The position numbers and the translations under genes are program-made. A stretch of DNA of 64,000 nucleotides from the human T2T-CHM13v2.0 reference genome, Homo sapiens: NCBI RefSeq assembly GCF_009914755.1, contig NC_060926.1; one strand, written 5' to 3'. Positions 45,698 to 59,453 of this stretch are shown in pieces. The notes below the pieces were generated by a model. That model was not told the origin of the DNA. It did not search any database and saw nothing but the letters and a program-made list of their open reading frames with translations. Position 1 is the first letter of the stretch; each line of letters opens with the position of its first letter.

Positions 45698-48600
45698 GTA
45701 AGAGAAGCAGCACTGCTTTTATGTAACTTTTCCACTGCACATGAAATCTGAACACATTCAAGAATTTTGCCTATGTGGTTTATTTTCTGTTTAATATAGG
45801 ATGATGATTTTCTTTTCCCCATGCTTGAGTAGGTTCTCTTTTAGCTTGTTCAACTCTATCTGAGATAAAAATCTGATATGAGTTAGATTTCCCAGAAGGC
45901 ATTGAGTAGGTGGTGAGGCAAAATAAGAAGCTAAATGGGTAAATTAGGGTGGAGGGATTAGGAGCAGTTGCCTTTCTTCTCCCCATTTTGCAATATAATT
46001 ATGACACATAAAACAGTTTTAATGCGTATATATGTATAAACACCTAGGCAACTTGGGAAGCTAGGCAACTGAAGCCAATGGACAATGTTGGCTTGATCAA
46101 AAATCATGAGAAACTTGGCTACTGAAATTGTGTATTCAAACCTAGCAAAGAAACTAGATCTGTTTATCTGAGTCATATTTTTTTTTCTCCTCTGAAGCAG
46201 TTGAATTGTGTGAGGCCAAGTATGGTGCTGTCATTATGAAACTATAATGGGAGTTAGAATTTTCTGAGCTCTCACCACTGAATTGAAGTACTAACTTTTG
46301 CAAATGTTTACGTAATAAATGTGGTGTATTTTTCTTTACCTTCCTCAACATTGAATTTTTGGCCTGGGTTTGAACACATTTTGATGAACGCACCTACAGT
46401 TAAGAACGTACCCCTGAGTGACCCTTGTTCTTACTCAGAAACTTCTTAGGTACATAGTATGGTACAGAATGTATTGACTCCATGTTGTCTTTGAATTTTT
46501 TTCTAGAAGTTACATGCATGGATGAGTCATTTCTTCAATGAGAAATGTATTCTCAAACATAAAAGACTATTTCTCTTGATAGTCTCCAAAAGACTATTTC
46601 TCTTGATATTCTCCATTTGATATTAAGTACATTTGGTGCTTAATGAATGCTTATTGGATTGATGAATTGATAACCTCCAGAGAGGTCAAATTAAGGATTT
46701 AAATGAGTCTGCCTGAAGTATGATACTCATCTTTAAGGCATAATCTGTATATGTACCTAATTCATAGATGGGTCAGTGATTTCTGAAAGCCATATCATAT
46801 GAAGTCATTCTGTTTACTGTCAGCTTGGTGACTGCGGGTACAGACCTGGATCCACAGCCATGCCTTCCTATTATCCAGTCTTAGATTCTTTTAGACTCTT
46901 CTTGGCCTATTGCCAAAGCTTACCTTTCAGTTGTTCCCCACATGCTCCTTGCAGTTCAGAAGACCCTAGGGCTCAGATGGACATTTGTCAGGCTGCCTGT
47001 TGCTTACTCTGTACTTGCCGCAGGGTAGGAAACAAAGTGGTTGCTTGTTCCTGGAAATTCTTTATACTAGGTATCATCTTAAGAATTTGCCTGGCTTGCC
47101 TTCTGCAAGTTGCCCAACCCTGAAGGTGGGGCTTTGGTATTGTAAAATGTTGCCTGAATTCTGCCTCTGATGTTAGTTGACTACTTTCACCTTTCCAGAT
47201 CTTGGTATCTTCATCCAACTTACCTTCTAACTTTGATCCTCTGGTGTTTGCTGATAATTTTCGAGTTTTTAGAATTCTTAGTTCTTGTTTCTTCTTAATC
47301 TCTGGCCATTGGCTTTTATGCCTACCATATGGCTTTTCAATCCTCTTATTGGGAATCTCAACTTTCTAACTTAAAGGCCAGGTGCAGTGGCCCTTTGGAT
47401 ACCCCTCCAGGAAAGGCATTCCCCTGTGATATGCTGACCTAGGTCAAAGTAATTTACTAGCTCTGCAGAAAGTAGTTTTGGGAATTACTTTAACCTTCAA
47501 TGGCCAGAGGACACTGCTCATTATTGAAAACTTATTATAAATATTCATTAGAATGTCAGTTACTATAATGAGACATCAATTTGTTGAGTGACTTGAGTCA
47601 CCCAAAGGGACAAAAGCAGCTTCTCACTTTCAATGAATTTAAACCGTTCACTTTCAACTCAGACACATCATAGACACACTGGGTTTTTCCTTGGCAGTAC
47701 TACTAATTCCTAGTGAGATTCATCTTGCTTTGTTTTAAAAAAATTTTATTTTTGTTTTACTTTGTCTTACAGACCCCCTGTGAATTGGGCAGTCCTGTCA
47801 TTTGTGGCCTCTTGTAGTCAATTCGGTTACCCAATAAAAACTACCACTTATCTGCATCTCAAACCTGGGTCTTTGTACTCTCTTACCAAAAGAGTATAAA
47901 TACAAGTTTGTCTATATTTCGTAGAATAACATAGTATTTTTACTCTGGGCTCATCTTTTCCTGCTGTTGGTATTTAAGCAACAAGTACCTTGCTGAGTTG
48001 GGCATCTAGGCCATTATGGATCCCTGGAGTTTAGCTGTTTCCTGGGTAATTTTCTGAGATCCTATTTTTGGCTGGTCTGCAGCGTGCCTTGATGTAAGTT
48101 GCTGTTTTCCGGAACTTCCTGAGGGCCTGATATGCTACTGTAGGCAGTTCTGGGTTGAGTGGGTTTCTAGGCTGAGCGGGTTTCTGGGAGCAGCTGCAGA
48201 TTCTATCTCAGTTCTTGACCTGATGTTGACATTTGAGTAAATAAAGAGCTCCCTTTGGTCAAGCTGTCACAGGCCAGCACCTGTCACTGTCTTTCAATTC
48301 TCCATTCATGCAGCTGTGCTGGTAAAGCTGCCCGTTTTCCTAAAGAAATCTTTTTAAAAAACATTATGTTCCCCACTGCAGATCATAATGTGAGGAATGT
48401 AGATAGTGTGTGTACAGGTAGTGTCTGCTTTTTATAATAATCCAGTAGATTCTTGAAGACCACGTACTTAAGTAGATTACCTTGCATATGCCCTGTGTAT
48501 TGCTGCTGTTCCCAGGAAACAAGTGGGTAAGGCTGGCATGGGGAGAAGGGCAAAGGAGGAATGGTCCAGAAATTACATATCATTAGCTGACATTCACTGT

Positions 48601-49114
48601 TGAAGGGGTGGAGATGACACAGACACATAGGGTAGGTACTTCCTGCACACATATGCACACATACTCAATGCACATGGGTGCTGTAGGTTCTGCGTGGTGT
48701 TTGTTCCCAGCCATGCATCTGTCATTTTCATCCCACTGCTGTGTTTAGAGTTAGGGTGATAATAAGTAAGTCTGCCATCTGACAATCACTTGAGGATAAG
48801 CATGGGAGCTGACTGCAACAGACCTTTCATTATTTTATGTGCAATGTAAAGAACCTGAGAATCAAGACACCTTTATTGCTGTGGCCTCTCTACCAGCTAT
48901 GATTTGGTTTGGGTGTCCGGAGGCAGAGGCTGACACTTGGAGGTTTGGCAAAGGGAGTCCTCAGGGTTGGAGTAAGTACTAAAAATGCTTCCCAGGTTAT
49001 CAGCTGTTTTCTACACTCATCTGGGGACAGACATTTCCTCGGCCTCACCCCTGCCCTGCTGTGATCTTGTGCTCAAGACAGCTCTAGTCTTTCATTTACA
49101 GAAAGGATGTAGAA

Positions 49115-49250
49115 CCAAAACAATTCTTCATTGCATTGTAGGATGTTTAGCAGCATCTCTGACCTCTACCCAGTAGATGCCAGTAGCATCCCTCCCCGTT
49201 GTGATGATCCAAAATGTTTTTAGACTTCACTAAATGTCTCCTGGGACAGG
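49115..49250. mobile_element. MER20-like fragment
   Basis: tgcattgtaggatgtttagcagcatc...cctctacccagtagatgccagtagca. Confidence 0.8.
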
Positions 49251-49264
49251 GATTAAGGGAGCTT

Positions 49265-49745
49265 GAGGTGTCAAGGATGAGGTTAGGAGGTCTGTCTTGG
49301 GCAGCTGTATATATGGTAGTGTCATTCACTCAGATGAGAAACACTGGTAAAAAAAAAACAGCATTTGGGGGAAATCTTGAGTTTTATTTTAGACATGTTG
49401 AGTTTAGAGTGGCTTTGAGGTTTAGTCCAGAGATATAAATTTGGGTGAGTAGGTGGTAATTGAAGCTGTGAATGTGGATAAGATTGCCTAGGGAAAGAGG
49501 ATAGAGAAGAAGGCCTAGGACCAAGCAGTGAGAAATTCTAACGGCTGGTTAGAGAAGGATGAGCTTGCAAAGGAGGCAGGGAAGGAGTGACAAGACAGGT
49601 AGGATAAAAACTGGGATGTCATAGATGGCAAAGAGAAATAGTATCACAAAAAGAAGAGAGTTATCAATAGTATAGAATACTGCTGAGAGTTGAAGAAGAT
49701 GAGGACTTAAAACATGTTAGCTGTGTTTAGTAACATGGAAGTCAG
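49265..49745 (-). mobile_element. L2 fragment
   Basis: ttttagacatgttgagtttagag...gagatataaatttggg...gtaattgaagctgtgaatgtggataagat. Confidence 0.8.
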
Positions 49746-50708
49746 CGTTTTTCAAACCTTTCTTTAGCACTTACTCATGCCCCTTTGACAAGGAAGGTGT
49801 GAAGTGCTCAGGCAGGAGTGTATGGAAACAAAACCAGGGCTGAAATCATTCACTTATTTATTCATTCAGGTATCATGTCATTCATGTACAGCATTATCTA
49901 CTTAGGTATCAGCCTGTGTGCCAGGAACTAGGCACTTTTTTCATAATAGAGAATTCTGAATCCAGAAATCTGATGGCTTTCTGTTTTTAGATGTTTTCTG
50001 GGTCATTTGTTAAGAAATGTAGAATTTTACTATCACATTGATTCAGAAATGATGTTCCTAACCCTTAGTCAAAAATTTTGCTAAGATTCATGGTGGGTGA
50101 AACTATTGCCCTTACTTCCCTCACTTCTGGTGGAAATTCATCCTGATGGAGCCAAGCCTATGAAAGAGAGATGAGTGTAGAAATACATACCCATAAAGAC
50201 ATAGGAATGTACTAGTTGTCTAGAACTGTAAATTGCCATTAGTTTGGACTCCACCTTTACAAATTTGTGATTATTACAGACTCTGGAGGAGTTGAAAGTC
50301 CTCTTCGGTTAATTATGGAAAAACAGCTTGTTAAGCAAATGCTAATGTAAGAAGATCACAATGTGGGTAGGCTTAACCTAGTCAAAGGAGGAAGGGCCTT
50401 CAAGTGTATTTACATATCAACAGTGGATATGTTAATTAGTGTGCATTTTTAATTCAGGTCAGATGACAGCATTGAGAGTAACAGGGATGCATTTCTCTAA
50501 AATACTTTCTTTGAGATTTTTCAAGTTCAATGTGAAGAGTCAGTAGTTGGGTGTGATTAGTCATTACCCAAGTCCAAGGTGCTCAAAAAAGGTTAGTGTT
50601 TTAGTGTCTCTGTCATTTGACAGTTAATATTATGAATAGTTGTGCCCACAGTCTTAGAACTCCTTCCATGACATTGTCCCTCCATACTGACACTTCTCTT
50701 TCCTGCAG

Positions 50709-50837
50709 GTGAGGAGTAAGAGGAGCAGGCTCCTGCACAGTGACTACATGAACATGACTCCCCGCCGCCCCGGGCCCACCCGCAAGCATTACCAGCCCTA
50801 TGCCCCACCACGCGACTTCGCAGCCTATCGCTCCTGA
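50709..50837 (+). CDS. CD28: CD28 exon 4 coding part, cytoplasmic tail (VRSKRSRLLHSDYMNMTPRRPGPTRKHYQPYAPPRDFAAYRS*)
   Basis: Acceptor cttctctttcctgcag|GTG; YMNM 50745-50756, PRRP 50760-50771, PYAP 50796-50807; TGA 50835-50837; total CDS 52+357+125+129=663 nt. Confidence 0.99.
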   Translation: MRSKRSRLLHSDYMNMTPRRPGPTRKHYQPYAPPRDFAAYRS

Positions 50838-51577
50838 CACGGACGCCTATCCAGAAGCCAGCCGGCTGGCAGCCCCCATCTGCTCAATATCACTGCTCTG
50901 GATAGGAAATGACCGCCATCTCCAGCCGGCCACCTCAGGCCCCTGTTGGGCCACCAATGCCAATTTTTCTCGAGTGACTAGACCAAATATCAAGATCATT
51001 TTGAGACTCTGAAATGAAGTAAAAGAGATTTCCTGTGACAGGCCAAGTCTTACAGTGCCATGGCCCACATTCCAACTTACCATGTACTTAGTGACTTGAC
51101 TGAGAAGTTAGGGTAGAAAACAAAAAGGGAGTGGATTCTGGGAGCCTCTTCCCTTTCTCACTCACCTGCACATCTCAGTCAAGCAAAGTGTGGTATCCAC
51201 AGACATTTTAGTTGCAGAAGAAAGGCTAGGAAATCATTCCTTTTGGTTAAATGGGTGTTTAATCTTTTGGTTAGTGGGTTAAACGGGGTAAGTTAGAGTA
51301 GGGGGAGGGATAGGAAGACATATTTAAAAACCATTAAAACACTGTCTCCCACTCATGAAATGAGCCACGTAGTTCCTATTTAATGCTGTTTTCCTTTAGT
51401 TTAGAAATACATAGACATTGTCTTTTATGAATTCTGATCATATTTAGTCATTTTGACCAAATGAGGGATTTGGTCAAATGAGGGATTCCCTCAAAGCAAT
51501 ATCAGGTAAACCAAGTTGCTTTCCTCACTCCCTGTCATGAGACTTCAGTGTTAATGTTCACAATATACTTTCGAAAG

Positions 51578-51583
51578 AATAAA
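51578..51583 (+). terminator. CD28: Proximal polyadenylation signal AATAAA
   Basis: First AATAAA I found after the stop, ~740 nt downstream; would give a ~1.5 kb mRNA, consistent with the known short CD28 transcript class. Confidence 0.75.
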
Positions 51584-51600
51584 ATAGTTCTCCTACATGA

Positions 51601-51970
<370 letters not shown>

Positions 51971-52624
51971 AAAATTATTTGAGTACTGTGAAGGATTATT
52001 TGTCTAACAGTTCATTCCAATCAGACCAGGTAGGAGCTTTCCTGTTTCATATGTTTCAGGGTTGCACAGTTGGTCTCTTTAATGTCGGTGTGGAGATCCA
52101 AAGTGGGTTGTGGAAAGAGCGTCCATAGGAGAAGTGAGAATACTGTGAAAAAGGGATGTTAGCATTCATTAGAGTATGAGGATGAGTCCCAAGAAGGTTC
52201 TTTGGAAGGAGGACGAATAGAATGGAGTAATGAAATTCTTGCCATGTGCTGAGGAGATAGCCAGCATTAGGTGACAATCTTCCAGAAGTGGTCAGGCAGA
52301 AGGTGCCCTGGTGAGAGCTCCTTTACAGGGACTTTATGTGGTTTAGGGCTCAGAGCTCCAAAACTCTGGGCTCAGCTGCTCCTGTACCTTGGAGGTCCAT
52401 TCACATGGGAAAGTATTTTGGAATGTGTCTTTTGAAGAGAGCATCAGAGTTCTTAAGGGACTGGGTAAGGCCTGACCCTGAAATGACCATGGATATTTTT
52501 CTACCTACAGTTTGAGTCAACTAGAATATGCCTGGGGACCTTGAAGAATGGCCCTTCAGTGGCCCTCACCATTTGTTCATGCTTCAGTTAATTCAGGTGT
52601 TGAAGGAGCTTAGGTTTTAGAGGC

Positions 52625-52760
52625 ACGTAGACTTGGTTCAAGTCTCGTTAGTAGTTGAATAGCCTCAGGCAAGTCACTGCCCACCTAAGATGATGGTTCT
52701 TCAACTATAAAATGGAGATAATGGTTACAAATGTCTCTTCCTATAGTATAATCTCCATAA
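52625..52760 (+). mobile_element. MIR in the 3'UTR
   Basis: ggttcaagtc...aggcaagtcac...ctataaaatggagataat. Confidence 0.65.
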
Positions 52761-54519
52761 GGGCATGGCCCAAGTCTGTCTTTGACTCTGCCTATCCCTG
52801 ACATTTAGTAGCATGCCCGACATACAATGTTAGCTATTGGTATTATTGCCATATAGATAAATTATGTATAAAAATTAAACTGGGCAATAGCCTAAGAAGG
52901 GGGGAATATTGTAACACAAATTTAAACCCACTACGCAGGGATGAGGTGCTATAATATGAGGACCTTTTAACTTCCATCATTTTCCTGTTTCTTGAAATAG
53001 TTTATCTTGTAATGAAATATAAGGCACCTCCCACTTTTATGTATAGAAAGAGGTCTTTTAATTTTTTTTTAATGTGAGAAGGAAGGGAGGAGTAGGAATC
53101 TTGAGATTCCAGATCGAAAATACTGTACTTTGGTTGATTTTTAAGTGGGCTTCCATTCCATGGATTTAATCAGTCCCAAGAAGATCAAACTCAGCAGTAC
53201 TTGGGTGCTGAAGAACTGTTGGATTTACCCTGGCACGTGTGCCACTTGCCAGCTTCTTGGGCACACAGAGTTCTTCAATCCAAGTTATCAGATTGTATTT
53301 GAAAATGACAGAGCTGGAGAGTTTTTTGAAATGGCAGTGGCAAATAAATAAATACTTTTTTTTAAATGGAAAGACTTGATCTATGGTAATAAATGATTTT
53401 GTTTTCTGACTGGAAAAATAGGCCTACTAAAGATGAATCACACTTGAGATGTTTCTTACTCACTCTGCACAGAAACAAAGAAGAAATGTTATACAGGGAA
53501 GTCCGTTTTCACTATTAGTATGAACCAAGAAATGGTTCAAAAACAGTGGTAGGAGCAATGCTTTCATAGTTTCAGATATGGTAGTTATGAAGAAAACAAT
53601 GTCATTTGCTGCTATTATTGTAAGAGTCTTATAATTAATGGTACTCCTATAATTTTTGATTGTGAGCTCACCTATTTGGGTTAAGCATGCCAATTTAAAG
53701 AGACCAAGTGTATGTACATTATGTTCTACATATTCAGTGATAAAATTACTAAACTACTATATGTCTGCTTTAAATTTGTACTTTAATATTGTCTTTTGGT
53801 ATTAAGAAAGATATGCTTTCAGAATAGATATGCTTCGCTTTGGCAAGGAATTTGGATAGAACTTGCTATTTAAAAGAGGTGTGGGGTAAATCCTTGTATA
53901 AATCTCCAGTTTAGCCTTTTTTGAAAAAGCTAGACTTTCAAATACTAATTTCACTTCAAGCAGGGTACGTTTCTGGTTTGTTTGCTTGACTTCAGTCACA
54001 ATTTCTTATCAGACCAATGGCTGACCTCTTTGAGATGTCAGGCTAGGCTTACCTATGTGTTCTGTGTCATGTGAATGCTGAGAAGTTTGACAGAGATCCA
54101 ACTTCAGCCTTGACCCCATCAGTCCCTCGGGTTAACTAACTGAGCCACCGGTCCTCATGGCTATTTTAATGAGGGTATTGATGGTTAAATGCATGTCTGA
54201 TCCCTTATCCCAGCCATTTGCACTGCCAGCTGGGAACTATACCAGACCTGGATACTGATCCCAAAGTGTTAAATTCAACTACATGCTGGAGATTAGAGAT
54301 GGTGCCAATAAAGGACCCAGAACCAGGATCTTGATTGCTATAGACTTATTAATAATCCAGGTCAAAGAGAGTGACACACACTCTCTCAAGACCTGGGGTG
54401 AGGGAGTCTGTGTTATCTGCAAGGCCATTTGAGGCTCAGAAAGTCTCTCTTTCCTATAGATATATGCATACTTTCTGACATATAGGAATGTATCAGGAAT
54501 ACTCAACCATCACAGGCAT

Positions 54520-54840
54520 GTTCCTACCTCAGGGCCTTTACATGTCCTGTTTACTCTGTCTAGAATGTCCTTCTGTAGATGACCTGGCTTGCCTCGTCAC
54601 CCTTCAGGTCCTTGCTCAAGTGTCATCTTCTCCCCTAGTTAAACTACCCCACACCCTGTCTGCTTTCCTTGCTTATTTTTCTCCATAGCATTTTACCATC
54701 TCTTACATTAGACATTTTTCTTATTTATTTGTAGTTTATAAGCTTCATGAGGCAAGTAACTTTGCTTTGTTTCTTGCTGTATCTCCAGTGCCCAGAGCAG
54801 TGCCTGGTATATAATAAATATTTATTGACTGAGTGAATGA
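54520..54840 (+). mobile_element. L2 3' end forming the end of the CD28 3'UTR
   Basis: cctcagggcctttacatg...tataagcttcatgaggcaag...gctgtatctccagtgcccagagcagtgcctgg...aataaatatttattga. Confidence 0.88.
54813..54818 (+). terminator. CD28: Distal polyadenylation signal AATAAA within an L2 3' end
   Basis: ataAATAAAtatttattgactgagtgaatga context matches the L2 terminal motif. Confidence 0.6.
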
Positions 54841-55399
54841 GTTTTACATGGCCTTATGAATTAACGGTGAGTCTAAATGTTATAATCATACTTTGAGAGG
54901 GAGAAAGCCAGTTCTATTTTCTACTTTCCTCTTAAGAAGTTCAAAAATTCATTTTATTAAAAAAACAGGAGGTAAAATATATACACAGCCAAATCTAGTG
55001 AAAGAAAATCTGATGAATATAAGTTCATTTACGTTTTAGAAATTTTTGTGCAGTGAGGAAAACCAGTACTGTTAGAAAAGTCATGCCAACTCAGCCACTG
55101 TCAGGAGTAAGTTGATTTTCCATTGAAGTCCCCAAATTCCCTCTTAATGGAGTATTGGCTATATCTTAAACATATCTTTAGTTTAAGACTTCTGAAAATG
55201 TTGTCTTTGTCTAAAATGTTAAAATCCCATCCTACTACTGACCTGCTACTCTTTTTTCTGGGGTGATTTTACCCCCAACAAATTCTATAAATGCCTTCTC
55301 TGGCTCTGATTCAAAAAGTGCTCACAAATGGAAATGCTGGGGACAGAAAATTTCAACTTCTTCACCTGTCATACTCATATCATAGCTGAACACTCTAAT

Positions 55400-55402
<3 letters not shown>

Positions 55403-55436
<34 letters not shown>

Positions 55437-55453
55437 ACACACACACACACACA
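55403..55453. repeat. (CA)n microsatellite with one GA interruption
   Basis: Directly visible. Confidence 0.97.
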
Positions 55454-56293
55454 CCCCTATCATCTTCTGGGTAGGGGAAGGGAAAGGCGCTTGAACAACA
55501 GACACAAGAGCTGGTCTAATAATTCATGTAGCACCTTCTGTTTCCTTCGTTGAAATTTTACTCTGAAGGTGACTCAGAGTCAATTAAATTGGTGTGCAAT
55601 GAGTTCATCTCTAAACTGATTCTTTTCTTTGGTGAAATGAAGCTTATTAAACTTAATAAAGGTAATTAAACTTGAAAAAGATGAGCTTATATGTCTCTTA
55701 CTACTCCAAGAAAGACTGAACTCAGCTGGTTACTCATGGATAGTTCAATAAGACAAATCAAATCAATTGGAAAGGAACGAGATGGGTAAAAAAAAAAAAG
55801 CCGTTAAATGAATCTGCTCAATAAGCACTCCTTTACCATGCTAATAAAAATAATGTAACCCAGTTCTGTAAAAAGGTTCTAGTACTTTGAAACTCAAGTT
55901 CAAAACAAAATAAAATGCAAACTTCGCTTCACCTAACACCTCCCACAACATTCTAGCTACCCAACTGGGTGAATATTGTAATTGCCCACAACCCCGAATT
56001 CACTTTTTCCCTCCAGTATGATAAAACAGATTGATTCCCTTTTAAAGCAATACCCTTTCTTCTCTCCCATCTTGTCGGTATCAGAGATAATGGATAGGTG
56101 AGAAAAAATTAAAGAAGCTTCTGGATTCATTGTAATGGGGACCTAACCATCACACTATGCAGCAGCAAATGGGATGGTCTGGAAAGCAGACCAGAACCTT
56201 GTCTGGTAACTTTGCTTCTAATGTCTGTCTGTGTTTCCTAAACTGAGGCCTAACTCTTGACTTTTTGACAGTGGTGCTCATAAGAAAGTTTGG

Positions 56294-56500
56294 GGCTGGG
56301 CACGGTCACTCATGCCTGTAATGTCAGCACTTTGGGAGGCTAATGCAGGAGGATCACTTGAGTCTAGGAGTTCAAGACCAGCTTGAACAACATAGGGAGA
56401 CCCTGTCTGTATTAAAAAAAAAAATTAGCCAGACGTGATGGTGCAGGCCTGTAGTCCCAGCTACTTAGGAGGCTGAGGCTGCAGTGATCTGGGATCATAC
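56294..56500 (+). mobile_element. Partial Alu (AluJ-like)
   Basis: Left arm and part of right arm with an internal deletion. Confidence 0.9.
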
Positions 56501-57937
56501 CCCTTCAAGAACACATGTGAATGGTGGGGCCTCTCAGCTTTCTCTGATTTGGCAACCCAGAAGAAATATGTGCTTTCTCTTTGAAGATTCACAGGATCCT
56601 AGCACTTGGAAACCTAGGCCACTGTCCAGAGCAGAAGGTCACACAATTTCTCAGTGTGACTTTTGTTCATTTCAGGGTGTTGACACTGGGCCCAACACTT
56701 GAAAATTGCTTGAGATGATAAATTGCTTGAGGTGATCAAAGAATATATCAGCTCTTCAAAGCTGACCTCATTCTTGGTGCAACTCTCAGGGCCAGAATGT
56801 GTGCTTCCCGAAGCTCATTTTCCTATCTGATTTGCCTGTTGAAACTCTGTGAAAGACCCTTGAATGCTAGGAATTTGAAGGGACAAAAAGTTGAAGAAAG
56901 GTGAATGGATTTCAGGGTGGAAGTGGACTGGATTTTACTCTCACTTCATCAGGCAGAGCTATCTCAGTGATAAATTGAAACTCTCCTCTGGCTCCAAAGA
57001 ACAAATCATGAGCTGGGTGGAAATGTCAGTTGAGAAGAAGAGCAGCAAACAGCTTTGTTTTCCTATAGTTGTGGTTTTACATGGTGATGATGACACACGA
57101 AGATGAAAATGTGCAGCATGAACTCCAGTTGTTATCTGAGTGAGCATCTCTGCCAACACTGAAGGATATGTGTGGGTGTCACCTGAAAACAAAGAGAAAG
57201 ACAGAGAGAGAAAAAGAAGAAAAGGAGGCCCTGTTTCGGAAAGAAGAGCCAGTTAATCAAAGATCAGCAGTGACAAGTGGCGCTGTTTATTTCATGAGCT
57301 TTATATGTGATTTCCTTCCCCTTGCTAATCTCGTCTGAATTTATTCTCTGGACTAAATATATTTGCATCTGGTGACTGAGGAAGGGGTGGAAAAGGTGAC
57401 CTTGAATGGGCATCAGGGTAGTTACCATAGTTATTTAGTCATTTCTTCAGTCTCTTGGGCACACACTTAGCTTCCCAAATGGAGGTTTCTGCTAACTTTT
57501 GAGAACCTGTGACATATTACACAGGGAAGACAAACTTCAGGTGGTTGTTGGGGACCCTCTTTTATCCCCAACCCTATGCAATGCTTGTTTCATTTGCTTT
57601 ATGTTTCTCCTTCCTCTCTTCTACTTCATTCATTCTAGAACTAGTTAATGGGCACCTGCCCAGCACTAAGATGTGGGCTAGGTACAGGGATGTGGCAGTG
57701 TGCAGCACAGATATTACCTCCACACTTCCGAAGTGTAGAGTGTCTGCTTTGTATATTACTTCAGTTTTTTTTTTCTTTTCCTGCCCCCTATATCCTGCTT
57801 CTAGGGGTAACCACTTAGTCTTGATTTTGGGGCTTAGATCTTAATGTGGCTACTTGATAGCCTTTGTTGGTTTGCCTGAAATTCATTTCTTTGACATGTT
57901 CCTATTTAACATCTCTAACTCTTTCAATGTCATAGAT

Positions 57938-58275
57938 CAGGAATCAGCAAATTTTTTTCTGTTAAGGGCCAGATAGTAAATATTTTAGGCTTTGTGACTA
58001 TACTGTCTCTTATAGATAATAAGTTTTGCCACTGTAGTGTGAAAGCAGCCATAAACAATATATAAACAAATAAGCATGGCTGCATTCCAATAAACCTTTA
58101 TTTATGGATATTGATATGTGAAGTTCGTGTGATTTTCATGTCATGCAATATTACTTTTCCTTTGTTTTTTTCCCCCAACCATTTATAGATGGAAAATCCA
58201 TTTTTAGTTCATGGGCTGTACAAAGGCAGGTAGTGGGCTGGACATGGCTTATGGGCTACGGTTTGCTGATCCTTG
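57938..58275. mobile_element. MER58B-like hAT MITE
   Basis: TIRs caggaatcagcaaa / tttgctgatccttg; internal aagggccagatagtaaatattttaggctttg. Confidence 0.88.
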
Positions 58276-58547
58276 ACTTAGATCTAAGCTGCAACCTTAG
58301 CTATAGGCTTATTTTTGAGTTCCAGCCACCTTCTACATTTTTAGGGCCAGAAGGAATTGGTTTGAATGTGTGTAAAGGCTTCTTGGGAGTGCTGAGAGTC
58401 AAGCATCTCTTTTGAAAGAAGGACATGGATCAATAAAGAAGAAGGAAGAGCTTTCATCTAAGGAAAGCCATTTGAGGTAGAAGAAATGGGAAGTTATAAG
58501 CAAAGGGAATGAGAAGCTGTTTCAGGAAGACAGAGTCTTCTGTATAT

Positions 58548-58875
<328 letters not shown>

Positions 58876-58979
58876 TAAACATCTTGGGAGCTCTTGTTAC
58901 TCTTTTCTCAAGTCCTTTCTACTCTTTTCCCTCTTTTCTAGGCATCACATCCTTGTAATCTCCAAGGAAACAAATTTCT

Positions 58980-59453
<474 letters not shown>

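Noticed and set aside
54366-54386. 8-bp hairpin agagagtg-acaca-cactctct in the 3'UTR
   Set aside because: Short, low-complexity, and does not fit the Roquin CDE tri-loop pattern; expected by chance
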